Source of the DNA: Pseudidiomarina andamanensis
GTDB taxonomy: Bacteria > Pseudomonadota > Gammaproteobacteria > Enterobacterales > Alteromonadaceae
Reading direction: 5' to 3'
Length of the DNA: 32,000 nt
NCBI RefSeq assembly: GCF_009734345.1
Contig: NZ_CP032551.1
Location: 1-32,000, forward strand
The notes beneath the pieces were generated by a model, which saw only the letters and a program-made list of their open reading frames with translations, did no database searches and was not told where the DNA came from. The translations under genes were made by a program, and so were the position numbers. Within the stretch, counting starts at the first letter, position 1. Every line of letters starts with the position of its first letter. Below, one piece after another: positions 10,086 to 18,930 of this stretch.

Positions 10086-10630
10086 TAAGACTGTGTGATT
10101 TGATTTTTTCATTTTTAGGCTTAGCAGTTGGATTCCCGATTTTAAGTATTTTGTTTATCATTGGTTTGATTGATACGGGCTCACCAATGTTTAGACAAAA
10201 ACGAGTAGGACGTTATGGTAAGGCTTTCACTCTAGTGAAGTTTAGAACTATGCCAGTCAGCACGGTCTCTGTTGCTACACATTTGATAAATGCCTCATCT
10301 ATCACTCGCTTCGGACATTTCTTGCGTCGCACCAAACTGGATGAGATCCCGCAACTGTGGAATGTGCTAAAAGGCGAGATGAGCCTTGTAGGTCCGCGTC
10401 CATGCTTATTTAATCAGGAAGAGTTGATTGAAGAGCGTCGTTCTCGTGGGGTTCTTCAAGCACGCCCTGGAATTACGGGACTTGCGCAAGTGAATGAGAT
10501 CGATATGTCCACACCGGTACTTCTTGCTGAAACTGATGCTCGAATGCTTCAGTCATTAAATTTGAAAAATTATTTCAAATACATCTTTATGACTGTTGCC
10601 GGTAAAGGCAGTGGCGACAGAGTTCGTTAA
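10082..10630 (+). CDS. Small monotopic phosphoglycosyl transferase (bacterial sugar transferase family; PglC/ItrB/WbaP C-terminal-domain-like), initiating enzyme
   Basis: 182 aa with one N-terminal hydrophobic re-entrant segment. Motifs: RVGRYGKAFTLVKFRTM, DEIPQLWNVLKGEMSLVGPRP and ARPGITGLAQV. GTGA overlap with the upstream gene. Confidence 0.87.
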   Translation: MIRLCDLIFSFLGLAVGFPILSILFIIGLIDTGSPMFRQKRVGRYGKAFTLVKFRTMPVSTVSVATHLINASSITRFGHFLRRTKLDEIPQLWNVLKGEMSLVGPRPCLFNQEELIEERRSRGVLQARPGITGLAQVNEIDMSTPVLLAETDARMLQSLNLKNYFKYIFMTVAGKGSGDRVR

Positions 10631-10671
10631 TAATTTGATCCTGACACGGGACGTCCGGTAATGACAACACT

Positions 10672-11919
10672 ATGAAAATATCCCGCAAACAATCAGTCTA
10701 CATTGTCACCGTTCTGCTAGCATTATTGCTAGGCTTTGCTCTAGCGGTATGGCTACACGATTCAGGTCAGGTTGATATCACCTCATTCACGGTCGCGGTG
10801 TTGTCGGGCGTGATTTCGTTGGTGGCGCTGTTTATTGCACTGCAAACGTATATCTCCATTGATAGCGTGAACAACATCACCAAAATGGAAGGCGACATTC
10901 TCGATAACGAGCACTATGTGACTTCCATGCCTGAGTTTATCGAGACTTATCCGCAAACCACCGAAGCATCGTTGCGAAGCGCTATCATTAGCGAAATGCA
11001 AACTAAGCTGGCGCAGCAGTCGAATACCGGGGTGGACTTCGCCGATACCCTGCAATCCATGATCGATATCTTGGTGCTGTTTCCAGCAATGAATGCGAAT
11101 AGTGATGAGGCCGCCAAGGCGAGTATCGCTACCATGATTACGGATATGAAAACCAAGGCCGCCGATTTCCAATCAATCAGCAAAGGTAACTCCATACAGA
11201 TTCAACAGGCGGTAAAACTGTTTGAAGCGGTTTGCGAGTACCAAGGGCTGATTGTTCTCAATAAAACGGCCTCCACCGGCTTGTTGAAGGTTCGTGGCCC
11301 GGTGTTGCGTAACCCAGAGAGTGTGACGGTTTATTATAATTATCTGGGGCTACACTATCGTCGTTTAGCGGTTGGCTTGTTTGGTAATAAAGATGAGCTT
11401 GATGTGGCGTCGTTGAAAAAAGGGATTGCGGCGACACGTGCTTTGTCAGCTTATGAGATGGAGAAGCTGAAGCGCTACGTTGCGCTTGCTGATGAATCAT
11501 TCGAGCGGGCTTTAAGCCATTCGCAAGATGACCCCATGTGGCGCGGTTATATTCTGTTTAACCAAGCGCGACTGTATTTTGCTCGGGCTGTGGCTCTGGG
11601 CGAAAAGTACGACTTTGCATTGGACTACATGCAGCGCGCTATTGATGCACGCATAACGTTGAATGAGCTGATTCGAGATGTGGTGAGCTCAGATGCTGAG
11701 TTGAGTATTTTGCAAAAACATTATCTGTTTCAAGAAGAGTATGCCCGTCAATTGTATGTGAGTTACTGTTTAGCGGTTGGGCGCGATGCTTCGTATCGCG
11801 GGCAAAAGGTTACGCTTGGTGCCGATTACGAGGCGCTGGTTGCCGATAAGGTGGCTGTGCTTTGTGATGTTGACCGGGAGAAGCTGGCGGCTATGCGCAC
11901 CGTGAATTCATTAAAATAA
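10672..11919 (+). CDS. Hypothetical membrane-anchored protein (two N-terminal TM helices plus about 340-aa helical, TPR-like soluble domain); function unknown
   Basis: Long uninterrupted ORF; antisense ORFs in the track are short shadows. Hydrophobic segments are VYIVTVLLALLLGFALAVWL and FTVAVLSGVISLVALFIALQTYI. The C-terminal half is helical-repeat-like (WRGYILFNQARLYFARAVALGEKYDFALDYMQRAIDA). I recognise no family. By eye it is more GC-rich than both flanking genes. No obvious SD. Confidence 0.6.
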   Translation: MKISRKQSVYIVTVLLALLLGFALAVWLHDSGQVDITSFTVAVLSGVISLVALFIALQTYISIDSVNNITKMEGDILDNEHYVTSMPEFIETYPQTTEASLRSAIISEMQTKLAQQSNTGVDFADTLQSMIDILVLFPAMNANSDEAAKASIATMITDMKTKAADFQSISKGNSIQIQQAVKLFEAVCEYQGLIVLNKTASTGLLKVRGPVLRNPESVTVYYNYLGLHYRRLAVGLFGNKDELDVASLKKGIAATRALSAYEMEKLKRYVALADESFERALSHSQDDPMWRGYILFNQARLYFARAVALGEKYDFALDYMQRAIDARITLNELIRDVVSSDAELSILQKHYLFQEEYARQLYVSYCLAVGRDASYRGQKVTLGADYEALVADKVAVLCDVDREKLAAMRTVNSLK

Positions 11920-12069
11920 TATTTAGTTTTGAACAGTTTTACAATTAATAAGAAAAATAGATGAACTATAGACCTGAAATAGACGGTTTGCGTGCAATAG
12001 CCGTGCTGCCAGTAATACTATTCCACGCCGATTTTTCCTGGTTTTCAGGAGGGTACGTCGGTGTGGATA

Positions 12070-12076
12070 TTTTTTT
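12070..12076. repeat. T7 homopolymer at the frameshift site of the acyltransferase gene
   Basis: GGATATTTTTTTGTT. Eight T would restore GVDIFFVISGYL, the conserved AT3 motif region. Confidence 0.8.
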
Positions 12077-13492
12077 GTTATTAGTGGATATCTAATCACT
12101 TCAATAATAATAAAAGAACTCAAGCAAAATCGTTTTTCGATAGCTTCCTTTTATGAGCGTCGTGCGCGAAGAATATTACCGGCCTTGTTTTTTGTTGTTG
12201 GTTGCGGTGGTTTGTTTGGGTGGTTCTTCTTGTTACCTGATGAATTCAGGAGTATGTCACAAGGAATTGTGGCTCTCACATTTTTCGCATCAAATATACT
12301 TTATTGGTGGACTACAGACTACTTTTCACCAGCAGCTGAGGAAAACCCACTACTCCATACATGGAGTTTAGGGGTAGAAGAACAGTTTTATATATTCTTT
12401 CCATTGCTTTTAATGGTCTTATGGAAGTGGGGAAAAAGCAAAATCTCTATTATCGTTTGGTCGTTGTGTATTGTCAGTTTTGCGGCTGCTGAATTTGCTT
12501 CGCATTTATGGCCATCAGCAAATTTTTACCTTCTTCCGTTTCGTGCTTGGGAGCTTGGCGCCGGTGCATTATGTGCAATTTACTCAAATAAAATTGACGT
12601 TACAAAAACTTTTAAACTAAATTCCAAAACCACTTCAGCTTTAGGTGTTGTCGGACTTGTATTAATATTTTTATCAATTATCCTGCTGGACAAATCAACC
12701 CGATTTCCTTCTGTTTATGCACTACCTTCTATAATTGGTACAGTATTGATAATCGCATTTGCGAGACCGACTAATTTAACTGGGAAAGTTCTCTCTTATA
12801 AACCCATAGTTGCAATTGGTCTTATAAGTTTTAGTGCATATCTATGGCATCAGCCAATATTCGCTTTTTCACGAATGCTCAATCTGACTAGACTCGATGC
12901 GTATGATTACGTTTTACTTTCTATTTTATCTCTTTGTTTAGCTGCTTTTTCATGGAAATATGTGGAAGCGCCTTTTCGAAACAAGAATTTTATAAAACAA
13001 CGGAGTACCGTAGCCTTATTTTCGGTCGTTCTATCAACATTTTTTATTGTATTCGGCTTTATAGGTCATACAACCAAAGGCTTTCCTTTTAGATTTGATA
13101 GTAAAGTTTTAGAGCTAACAAATATTGCATCATTGAAATCAACTAATTTTTTAAATTGTCAATCTAGTCCCAAACACATTCTAACGATTAACAACGCTTG
13201 CCGAATTGGTGAGGAACAGCAGGAGCCATCAGTGGTATTTTGGGGAGATTCTCATGCGACGGCAATTAGTAATACAGTAGACTCAGTACTCGAAGAGCTC
13301 GAATTACAGGGTATTCTCCTGACATATTCAGCGTGTATGCCATCGGTTGATTTAGTTCGAAAAGATAACCCTAACTGCTCTCCATTTAATGCAAGGAATT
13401 TACAGTTTCTTCTAGACAGTAATATCGAAACCGTGATTCTATCGGCTCGATGGTCGCTTAATATTGAAGGCACGAGATTTGATAACGGAGAA

Positions 13493-13502
13493 GGGGGGGG
13501 GG
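13493..13502. repeat. G10 homopolymer inside the SGNH domain of the acyltransferase gene
   Basis: GAAGGGGGGGGGGAG encodes E-G-G-G-E. This is a 10-G run in an otherwise AT-rich gene. Confidence 0.9.
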
Positions 13503-13994
13503 AGTACGGAGAGCCGGTCAGATATGAGTTGCAAAGCAATATAAACTCGCTTAAAGAGCCTAGCGAGATTGTGTCCTGGGGGATAAAGACGTTGATTTAT
13601 AAACTTATCGAAAATGGTAAAAGCGTCATTGTCGTGATGGACATACCGGAATTAGCTTGGGATGTTCCCAAGTTTTTAGCTCGCACTTATTTATCTGAAA
13701 ACACTATTACGTTATCAACTGCCTCAGTAAGTTATCAAACTTATAAAGAACGTACTGAAAAAGCTTATGTACTGTTTACTGAAGTCAAACAAAGTATTGA
13801 TAACACCGATAAGTTGAAGTTTATATATCCAGATTTAGAGCTTTGTAATTTAAGGGAAGCGCCAGGAAGGTGTATTGCAAATAAAGATGGTCAACCTTTG
13901 TACTTTGATGATGATCATCTTTCAATTTACGGGAGTGAACTACTTCGCGCGCAATTAAGAAATTCCATGTCAAAAATTAATGCTGTTGATCAGA

Positions 13995-15734
13995 TCACCA
14001 CGGAAACACCTGCGGAATTAAGTACAGCGCGGTAGCGCTGTACGCCACCCACACCAAAACCCCAATCTTTGTAAAATCCCCAAACTTGTAATTTCCTGCG
14101 TTCATGACCATGAGGTTCGTTTGATAACCAAACGGGCTGATGAAGCTGGCTGAAGCACCAAACGCCACGGCCATCACGAACGGCATTATTTCTACGTTTA
14201 AACTCGTGGCTATGCCTACGGCAATTGGGAAGACAATTGCTGCTGCGGCATTGTTGGTCACCACTTCGGTAATAATCCACGTTAGTAAATACACGGTCAC
14301 AAAAGCTATCCAAATGCTATTGCCGTTCCCAACCACACCAAAAAGCGCACCAGAGACGGTCGCTGCCAACCCCGATTCAATAAACACATCGGCAATACAC
14401 AGTGCTGAGCCTATAACCAGCCAAATATCGAGCGGCAGTCGGCGGCGAATATCGGCTGCTGATATAACCTGTGTGACTAAAATCAGACCTAAATAACCCA
14501 GTAAACCGTTAAATAAGCTAAATGTTTGGGTGGCGGCGCCCACTACCATTACTACAAAGCCCAGCATGGTAATTGTTTCTTGCTGATTATTTAACGTTGG
14601 GCTTAAGCGCTTGCCCTCCAGCACAAAGAAATTGCGCTCGAGGTTTCGATGTCGATAAAAATCTTCACTCGTTGCAAGCACTAGCCTGTCGCCCGCCTTT
14701 ATTTCAACTTGTCCCAATTTCCCTGAAATACGCTGCCCACCGCGACCGATGGCAACCACTGCAGCATCGAAAAGCGCACGGAAATTGGCTTCTTTAAGGG
14801 TGCGACCAACTAAGGTTGAGGTATGGCTGACAATCACTTCAGTCAGGTTGTCATGCAATAAGCCGTTCGTCTCTGAGAACACCTCGTGGGCAAACATATT
14901 CACCCCCGGCAAACTGGATACCTGTTGCGCGGCTTTCACGTCACCGCAGAACACCAGGCGGTCGTTTGCTTGTAGGGTTGTTTCAGGTTTGACGGGGCTA
15001 ATGAGGTTACCGTGGCGCACAATTTCAGCTAAAAATAAGCCATCAAGCGCTCGTAAACCGGCTTGCTGTACGGTTTTTCCAATCAATGGCGAGTCGTCGG
15101 CCACCTTCGCATCTAAGAAGTAGTCTTGGCTGATGTCACTTTCTACTTGGCGCTTCGGCAATAAGTAGGCTGCGACGCACGTTGTCGCACCAGCTGCCGC
15201 GAGCACACCTAAACCAATAGGTAGGAAATCGAAGAACTTAAAGCCGGGGTGACCGGTTTCCACCAAGAAGCTGTTTACTACGAGGTTGGTTGAGGTACCA
15301 ATGAGCGTTAGCACACCACCGAGAATTGCGAAGTAGCTCAGCGGAATAAGCAGCCGCTGCGCAGGGTGATCACGATTCTTGCGTACCGTTGACATTAGGG
15401 CCGCGACTACCGCGGTGTTATTCAGAAACGCCGAAGTGAAACTCACCAAGCCCATCATACGCAGTAGCGTGATGAACTGGCTTTTGTGAAACAAGCTACG
15501 GCTGACCCATTGTAAAGCTCGTGTACGTTCAAGCGCCATGGAGCTGATCAACAGCAACATGAGTGTGATCAGGCTTAAGTTGACATAATGGTTGAGCAGT
15601 TCTTGTGCGCTCAGCATGCCGGGGAGATATAAGGCGAGTGCTGCTGCGACGAAAAGCGTCGCAGGGCGCATCTTATTAGCAATGAGCCCTGCGAAAAGTA
15701 GAACAATGACAAGACCTACATAGGCCTGCATCAT
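13995..15734 (-). CDS. SLC13/DASS-family permease with two internal TrkA-C (RCK_C) domains; putative sulfate/anion transporter of the cys operon
   Basis: 579 aa. Multi-TM halves flank two TrkA-C-like segments ([14 protein letters not shown]...NDRLVFCGD and [14 protein letters not shown]...GDRLVLAT). The start overlaps the cysN stop (ATGA-type coupling). Confidence 0.83.
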   Translation of the reverse strand: MMQAYVGLVIVLLFAGLIANKMRPATLFVAAALALYLPGMLSAQELLNHYVNLSLITLMLLLISSMALERTRALQWVSRSLFHKSQFITLLRMMGLVSFTSAFLNNTAVVAALMSTVRKNRDHPAQRLLIPLSYFAILGGVLTLIGTSTNLVVNSFLVETGHPGFKFFDFLPIGLGVLAAAGATTCVAAYLLPKRQVESDISQDYFLDAKVADDSPLIGKTVQQAGLRALDGLFLAEIVRHGNLISPVKPETTLQANDRLVFCGDVKAAQQVSSLPGVNMFAHEVFSETNGLLHDNLTEVIVSHTSTLVGRTLKEANFRALFDAAVVAIGRGGQRISGKLGQVEIKAGDRLVLATSEDFYRHRNLERNFFVLEGKRLSPTLNNQQETITMLGFVVMVVGAATQTFSLFNGLLGYLGLILVTQVISAADIRRRLPLDIWLVIGSALCIADVFIESGLAATVSGALFGVVGNGNSIWIAFVTVYLLTWIITEVVTNNAAAAIVFPIAVGIATSLNVEIMPFVMAVAFGASASFISPFGYQTNLMVMNAGNYKFGDFTKIGVLVWVAYSATALYLIPQVFPW

Positions 15735-17137
15735 ACGATTTCTTTAGCTCCCCAATGTGGGAAATGCTTGCGAACAAACGCGTTGAGGTCTTTCTCAAAT
15801 TCACTGACTTCGTGTTGCGTTTCTTCTTTTTCAACCAGCGGTTGCTCGACCATACCAGCGCCAACGGTAACGTTGGTGATGCGGTCAATAATAATGAACG
15901 CGCCGGTTTTCTTGTTGATACGATACTTATCAAACACCACCGGCTCTTGCAGGCTAAAATCGAGTAAGCCAATTTCGTTTAGCGCGAGTGTTTCGGCATC
16001 CTTTTCTTCAAAACTGTTCACATCAATACGGTGATGGATTTTCTCAGCGCTACCGCTGGTAAACTTAGTGCCGAATTTGATGTAGTAATCGCGGTGCGGA
16101 ACCAATGCATCTTCGTGCATCCAAACCACTTTGGCTCGTAAGCGGTTACTGGTGTGCGGTAGTGCATCTTTTTCGACAATCATGTCGCCGCGGCTAATAT
16201 CAATTTCATCGTTCAGAGTTAGCGTGACTGCCAATGGTGCACTGGCTTCCTCCAGTTCACCATCGAAGGTATAAATACTCTTAATGGTTGATACTTTACC
16301 TGACGGTAGCGCACGAATGGTGTCGCCAACTTTGACTGAGCCTGAGGCAATGGTACCGGCAAAGCCGCGGAAGTTAAGGTTAGGGCGGTTGACATATTGC
16401 ACCGGGAAACGGAAATCTTTGTGATCGCCATCACGGCTGATCTCGAGGGTTTCGAGGTATTCCATCAAGGTGCGACCGCGGAACCATGGCGTATTTTCAC
16501 TTCGGTTTACAACGTTATCGCCATCGAGGGCACTGATTGGCACAAAGTGGATATCTGGAATATCCAGCTGACCGGCCAGCTTTAAGTATTCGTCTTGGAT
16601 TTCTTTGTAGCGATCTTGGCTGTATTCAACCAAGTCCATTTTATTCACCGCAACAATTACGTGCTTGATACCTAGTAAGCTGACGATGAAGCTGTGGCGT
16701 CGGGTTTGGGTTTGTACACCATGACGTGCGTCAATGAGAATAATCGCCAGATCACTGGTGCTGGCGCCTGTGGCCATGTTCCGAGTGTATTGCTCGTGCC
16801 CCGGTGTGTCGGCGATGATGAATTTGCGCTTATCGGTACTGAAGTAACGGTAGGCCACGTCAATGGTGATGCCTTGCTCGCGCTCTGATTGCAAGCCGTC
16901 TACTAAGAGAGCGAGATCGATTTTGTCACCGGTCGTACCGACAGTTTTTGAATCCTTGGTGATAGCTGCGAGTTGATCTTCAAAAATCATTTTGCTGTCG
17001 TGCAGCAAACGGCCAATCAGGGTACTTTTGCCGTCGTCGACGCTACCGCAGGTGATGAATCTGAGGAGTTCTTTGTTCTCGTGTTGATCAAGATATTTGA
17101 GAATGTCTTGTTCAATTAATGGCGATGCGTGACTCAT
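15731..17137 (-). CDS. cysN: Sulfate adenylyltransferase subunit 1 (GTPase subunit)
   Basis: [45 protein letters not shown], then DTPGHEQY and NKMD GTPase motifs. I place the start at the internal ATG (17137) one base after the cysD stop, not at the track ORF's upstream ATG (17182). Confidence 0.93.
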   Translation of the reverse strand: MSHASPLIEQDILKYLDQHENKELLRFITCGSVDDGKSTLIGRLLHDSKMIFEDQLAAITKDSKTVGTTGDKIDLALLVDGLQSEREQGITIDVAYRYFSTDKRKFIIADTPGHEQYTRNMATGASTSDLAIILIDARHGVQTQTRRHSFIVSLLGIKHVIVAVNKMDLVEYSQDRYKEIQDEYLKLAGQLDIPDIHFVPISALDGDNVVNRSENTPWFRGRTLMEYLETLEISRDGDHKDFRFPVQYVNRPNLNFRGFAGTIASGSVKVGDTIRALPSGKVSTIKSIYTFDGELEEASAPLAVTLTLNDEIDISRGDMIVEKDALPHTSNRLRAKVVWMHEDALVPHRDYYIKFGTKFTSGSAEKIHHRIDVNSFEEKDAETLALNEIGLLDFSLQEPVVFDKYRINKKTGAFIIIDRITNVTVGAGMVEQPLVEKEETQHEVSEFEKDLNAFVRKHFPHWGAKEIV

Positions 17138-17138
17138 G

Positions 17139-18044
17139 TTAGAAATACCCTTCCATTTTTTTCTTTTCCATCGATCCAGCACTGTCGTGATCGATCATGC
17201 GGCCTTGACGCTCTGAAGTAGTGGTGAGCAACATCTCTTGGATGATTTCCGGTAGGGTCGCTGCGCTCGACTCGATGGCTCCGGTGAGCGGGTAGCAACC
17301 GAGGGTACGGAAGCGCACCAGTTTTTGTTGCGGCTGCTCGCCAGGTTCGAGTGGCATGCGATCGTCGTCGACCATGATGAGGGTACCGTCGCGTTCAACC
17401 ACAGGGCGCTCTTTGGCGAAGTACAGCTCAGGAATTTCGATGTTTTCGAGGTAGATGTATTGCCAAATATCGAGTTCGGTCCAGTTGCTCAGCGGGAATA
17501 CACGAATGCTCTCGCCTTTGTGGACTTTACCGTTGTAGATATTCCATAGTTCTGGACGCTGATTTTTCGGATCCCAGCGGTGCTTTTTATCGCGGAAGCT
17601 GTACACGCGCTCTTTCGCACGTGATTTCTCTTCGTCGCGTCGTGCGCCACCGAAGGCTGCATCGAATTGGTACTTATCCAGTGCCTGTTTTAATGCTTGG
17701 GTTTTCATCACATCAGTGTGTACTGAGCTACCGTGGGTAAATGGCCCGATACCTTGTTTGATGCCTTCTTCGTTGCTATGGGTGATGAGTTCGAAGCCAT
17801 GTTGCTTGGCCATGCGATCACGAAACTCGATCATTTCGCGGAATTTCCAAGTGGTGTCGACATGCATCAGCGGGAATGGAATTTTGCCTGGGGCAAACGC
17901 TTTACGTGCTAAGTGCAGAAGCACGGAGCTGTCTTTACCGACAGAATAGAGCATGACGGGGTTTTGGAATTCGGCGGCAACTTCACGAAATATATGAATG
18001 GATTCCGCTTCAAGCTGCTTTAAATGCGTTAGCTTCGAGGTCAT
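17139..18044 (-). CDS. cysD: Sulfate adenylyltransferase subunit 2
   Basis: [50 protein letters not shown]... is a typical ~300-aa CysD (PAPS-reductase-like fold). The 71 extra N-terminal residues of the track ORF run through the REP element and the promoter region, so I reject them. Confidence 0.93.
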   Translation of the reverse strand: MTSKLTHLKQLEAESIHIFREVAAEFQNPVMLYSVGKDSSVLLHLARKAFAPGKIPFPLMHVDTTWKFREMIEFRDRMAKQHGFELITHSNEEGIKQGIGPFTHGSSVHTDVMKTQALKQALDKYQFDAAFGGARRDEEKSRAKERVYSFRDKKHRWDPKNQRPELWNIYNGKVHKGESIRVFPLSNWTELDIWQYIYLENIEIPELYFAKERPVVERDGTLIMVDDDRMPLEPGEQPQQKLVRFRTLGCYPLTGAIESSAATLPEIIQEMLLTTTSERQGRMIDHDSAGSMEKKKMEGYF

Positions 18045-18146
18045 GGTTTTGTAGCATCCTTGACTGCTGTATTTGTGTTTAATTGGTTTTTTTCGGTGCG
18101 TTGAAAAGTTGTTGGATTGTAGCGCAGTTTCGGGGCTGGTGGAAGT

Positions 18147-18178
18147 GAGAGGTGGGGTGCAGTCCTTGGACTGCACCC
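18147..18178. repeat. REP-like palindromic element, short form (copy A)
   Basis: GAGAGGTGGGGTGCAGTCC-TT-GGACTGCACCC, a perfect 11-bp inverted repeat in the cysD/cysC divergent intergenic region. Its 5' 25 nt (AAGTGAGAGGTGGGGTGCAGTCCTT) are identical to copy B. Confidence 0.9.
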
Positions 18179-18193
18179 TAAACCTGCTAGTTT

Positions 18194-18209
18194 TTATGCG
18201 ATCGCATAA
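18194..18209. promoter_or_regulatory. 16-bp perfect palindrome TTATGCGATCGCATAA (copy 1), candidate operator
   Basis: Exact self-complementary 16-mer in the cysD/cysC divergent control region, 150 bp upstream of the cysD ATG. Confidence 0.45.
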
Positions 18210-18243
18210 GAAGAGGTGTTTTGGTGGCAATTTTCGAATGTTA

Positions 18244-18259
18244 TTATGCGATCGCATAA
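18244..18259. promoter_or_regulatory. 16-bp perfect palindrome TTATGCGATCGCATAA (copy 2), candidate operator
   Basis: Identical 16-mer exactly 50 bp downstream of copy 1 and about 62 bp upstream of the cysC ATG. Confidence 0.45.
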
Positions 18260-18321
18260 ATTGATTTCATGTTTAATTTTCGTGATATCCTTTTCGTTAT
18301 TTTCAATCTTTAAAGAATCGG

Positions 18322-18930
18322 ATGTTAAAGATGACTACAAATATTGTCTGGCATGAAGCCTCGGTTTCGGCTGCGGAACGCGCGGCGCAAAAAGGCCACA
18401 AGCCTTGCGTGCTTTGGTATACCGGTTTGTCGGGCTCGGGCAAGAGCACCATTGCCAACGCGGTGGATAGAAAGCTGTTTGAGCGCGGTTGCCATAGTTA
18501 TGTGCTGGACGGCGACAATGTGCGCCACGGCCTGAACAAAGATTTGGGCTTTGATGATGCCTCGCGCGTTGAGAATATTCGCCGCATTACCGAAGTCGCG
18601 AACTTGATGACCGATGCCGGGCTGATTGTCGGTACCGCATTTATTTCCCCATTTGTGGCCGATAGAGCGCAAGCGCGTTCTTTGGCTTCTGCTGACTTTA
18701 TTGAAGTGTTTGTCGATACGCCGTTAGATGTGTGTGAACAGCGTGACCCAAAAGGGCTGTATAAGAAGGCTCGCGCGGGCGAGATTCCGCATTTTACTGG
18801 CATTAGTTCGCCGTATGAACCGCCGGTGGCACCGGAAGTACATCTGCGCACGGCTTCGCTGAGCGTGGAAGAGGCGGCGGAGCAGGTGGTGCAGGCGCTG
18901 GTGGCACGTGGGGTGCTGAATGTACGTTGA
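18322..18930 (+). CDS. cysC: Adenylyl-sulfate (APS) kinase
   Basis: [25 protein letters not shown]-loop, [11 protein letters not shown], and a ~200-aa length typical of CysC. An alternative start lies at ATG 18331 (MTTN...). Confidence 0.92.
   Translation: MLKMTTNIVWHEASVSAAERAAQKGHKPCVLWYTGLSGSGKSTIANAVDRKLFERGCHSYVLDGDNVRHGLNKDLGFDDASRVENIRRITEVANLMTDAGLIVGTAFISPFVADRAQARSLASADFIEVFVDTPLDVCEQRDPKGLYKKARAGEIPHFTGISSPYEPPVAPEVHLRTASLSVEEAAEQVVQALVARGVLNVR

Larger units (their letters stand above)
11961..14035 (+). pseudogene. OafA/YrhL-like O-acyltransferase (acyltransferase-3 membrane domain fused to a C-terminal SGNH domain), frameshifted in a T7 run
   Basis: ATG at 11961 encodes MNYRPEIDGLRAIAVLPVILFHADFSWFSGGYVGVDIF and then hits a stop. 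Shifting one base at the T7 run (12070-12076) continues as FVISGYLITSIIIKELKQNRFSIASFYERRARRILPALFFV... into the 616-aa track ORF. SGNH blocks are FWGDSHA and DDDHLSIYG near the C-terminus. Confidence 0.82.

Noticed and set aside
14029-14037. ops/JUMPStart-like sequence GCGGTAGCG (RfaH recruitment site consensus GGCGGTAGCGTG)
   Set aside because: It is an imperfect match. It lies at the 3' end of the last gene of the glycan locus rather than in a 5' leader, and it forms part of the 9-bp hairpin there. Most likely coincidence.
18198-18255. GCGATCGC cores of the twin palindromes as cyanobacterial HIP1 elements
   Set aside because: Only two copies are visible in 32 kb, both within a longer 16-bp palindrome in one promoter region. 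The gene content is gammaproteobacterial, not cyanobacterial.
17138-18257. N-terminal extensions of cysD (to 18257) and cysN (to 17182) as given by the ORF track
   Set aside because: The conserved CysD and CysN sequences begin at the internal ATGs (18044 and 17137). The cysD extension runs through the REP element and both 16-bp palindromes, and the cysN extension overlaps the cysD 3' end.
18269-18313. 14-codon upstream ORF ([14 protein letters not shown]) just before cysC as a possible attenuation leader peptide
   Set aside because: It has no Cys or Met codons beyond the initiator, no obvious alternative terminator/antiterminator hairpins follow it, and it has no SD. Probably fortuitous in AT-rich DNA.
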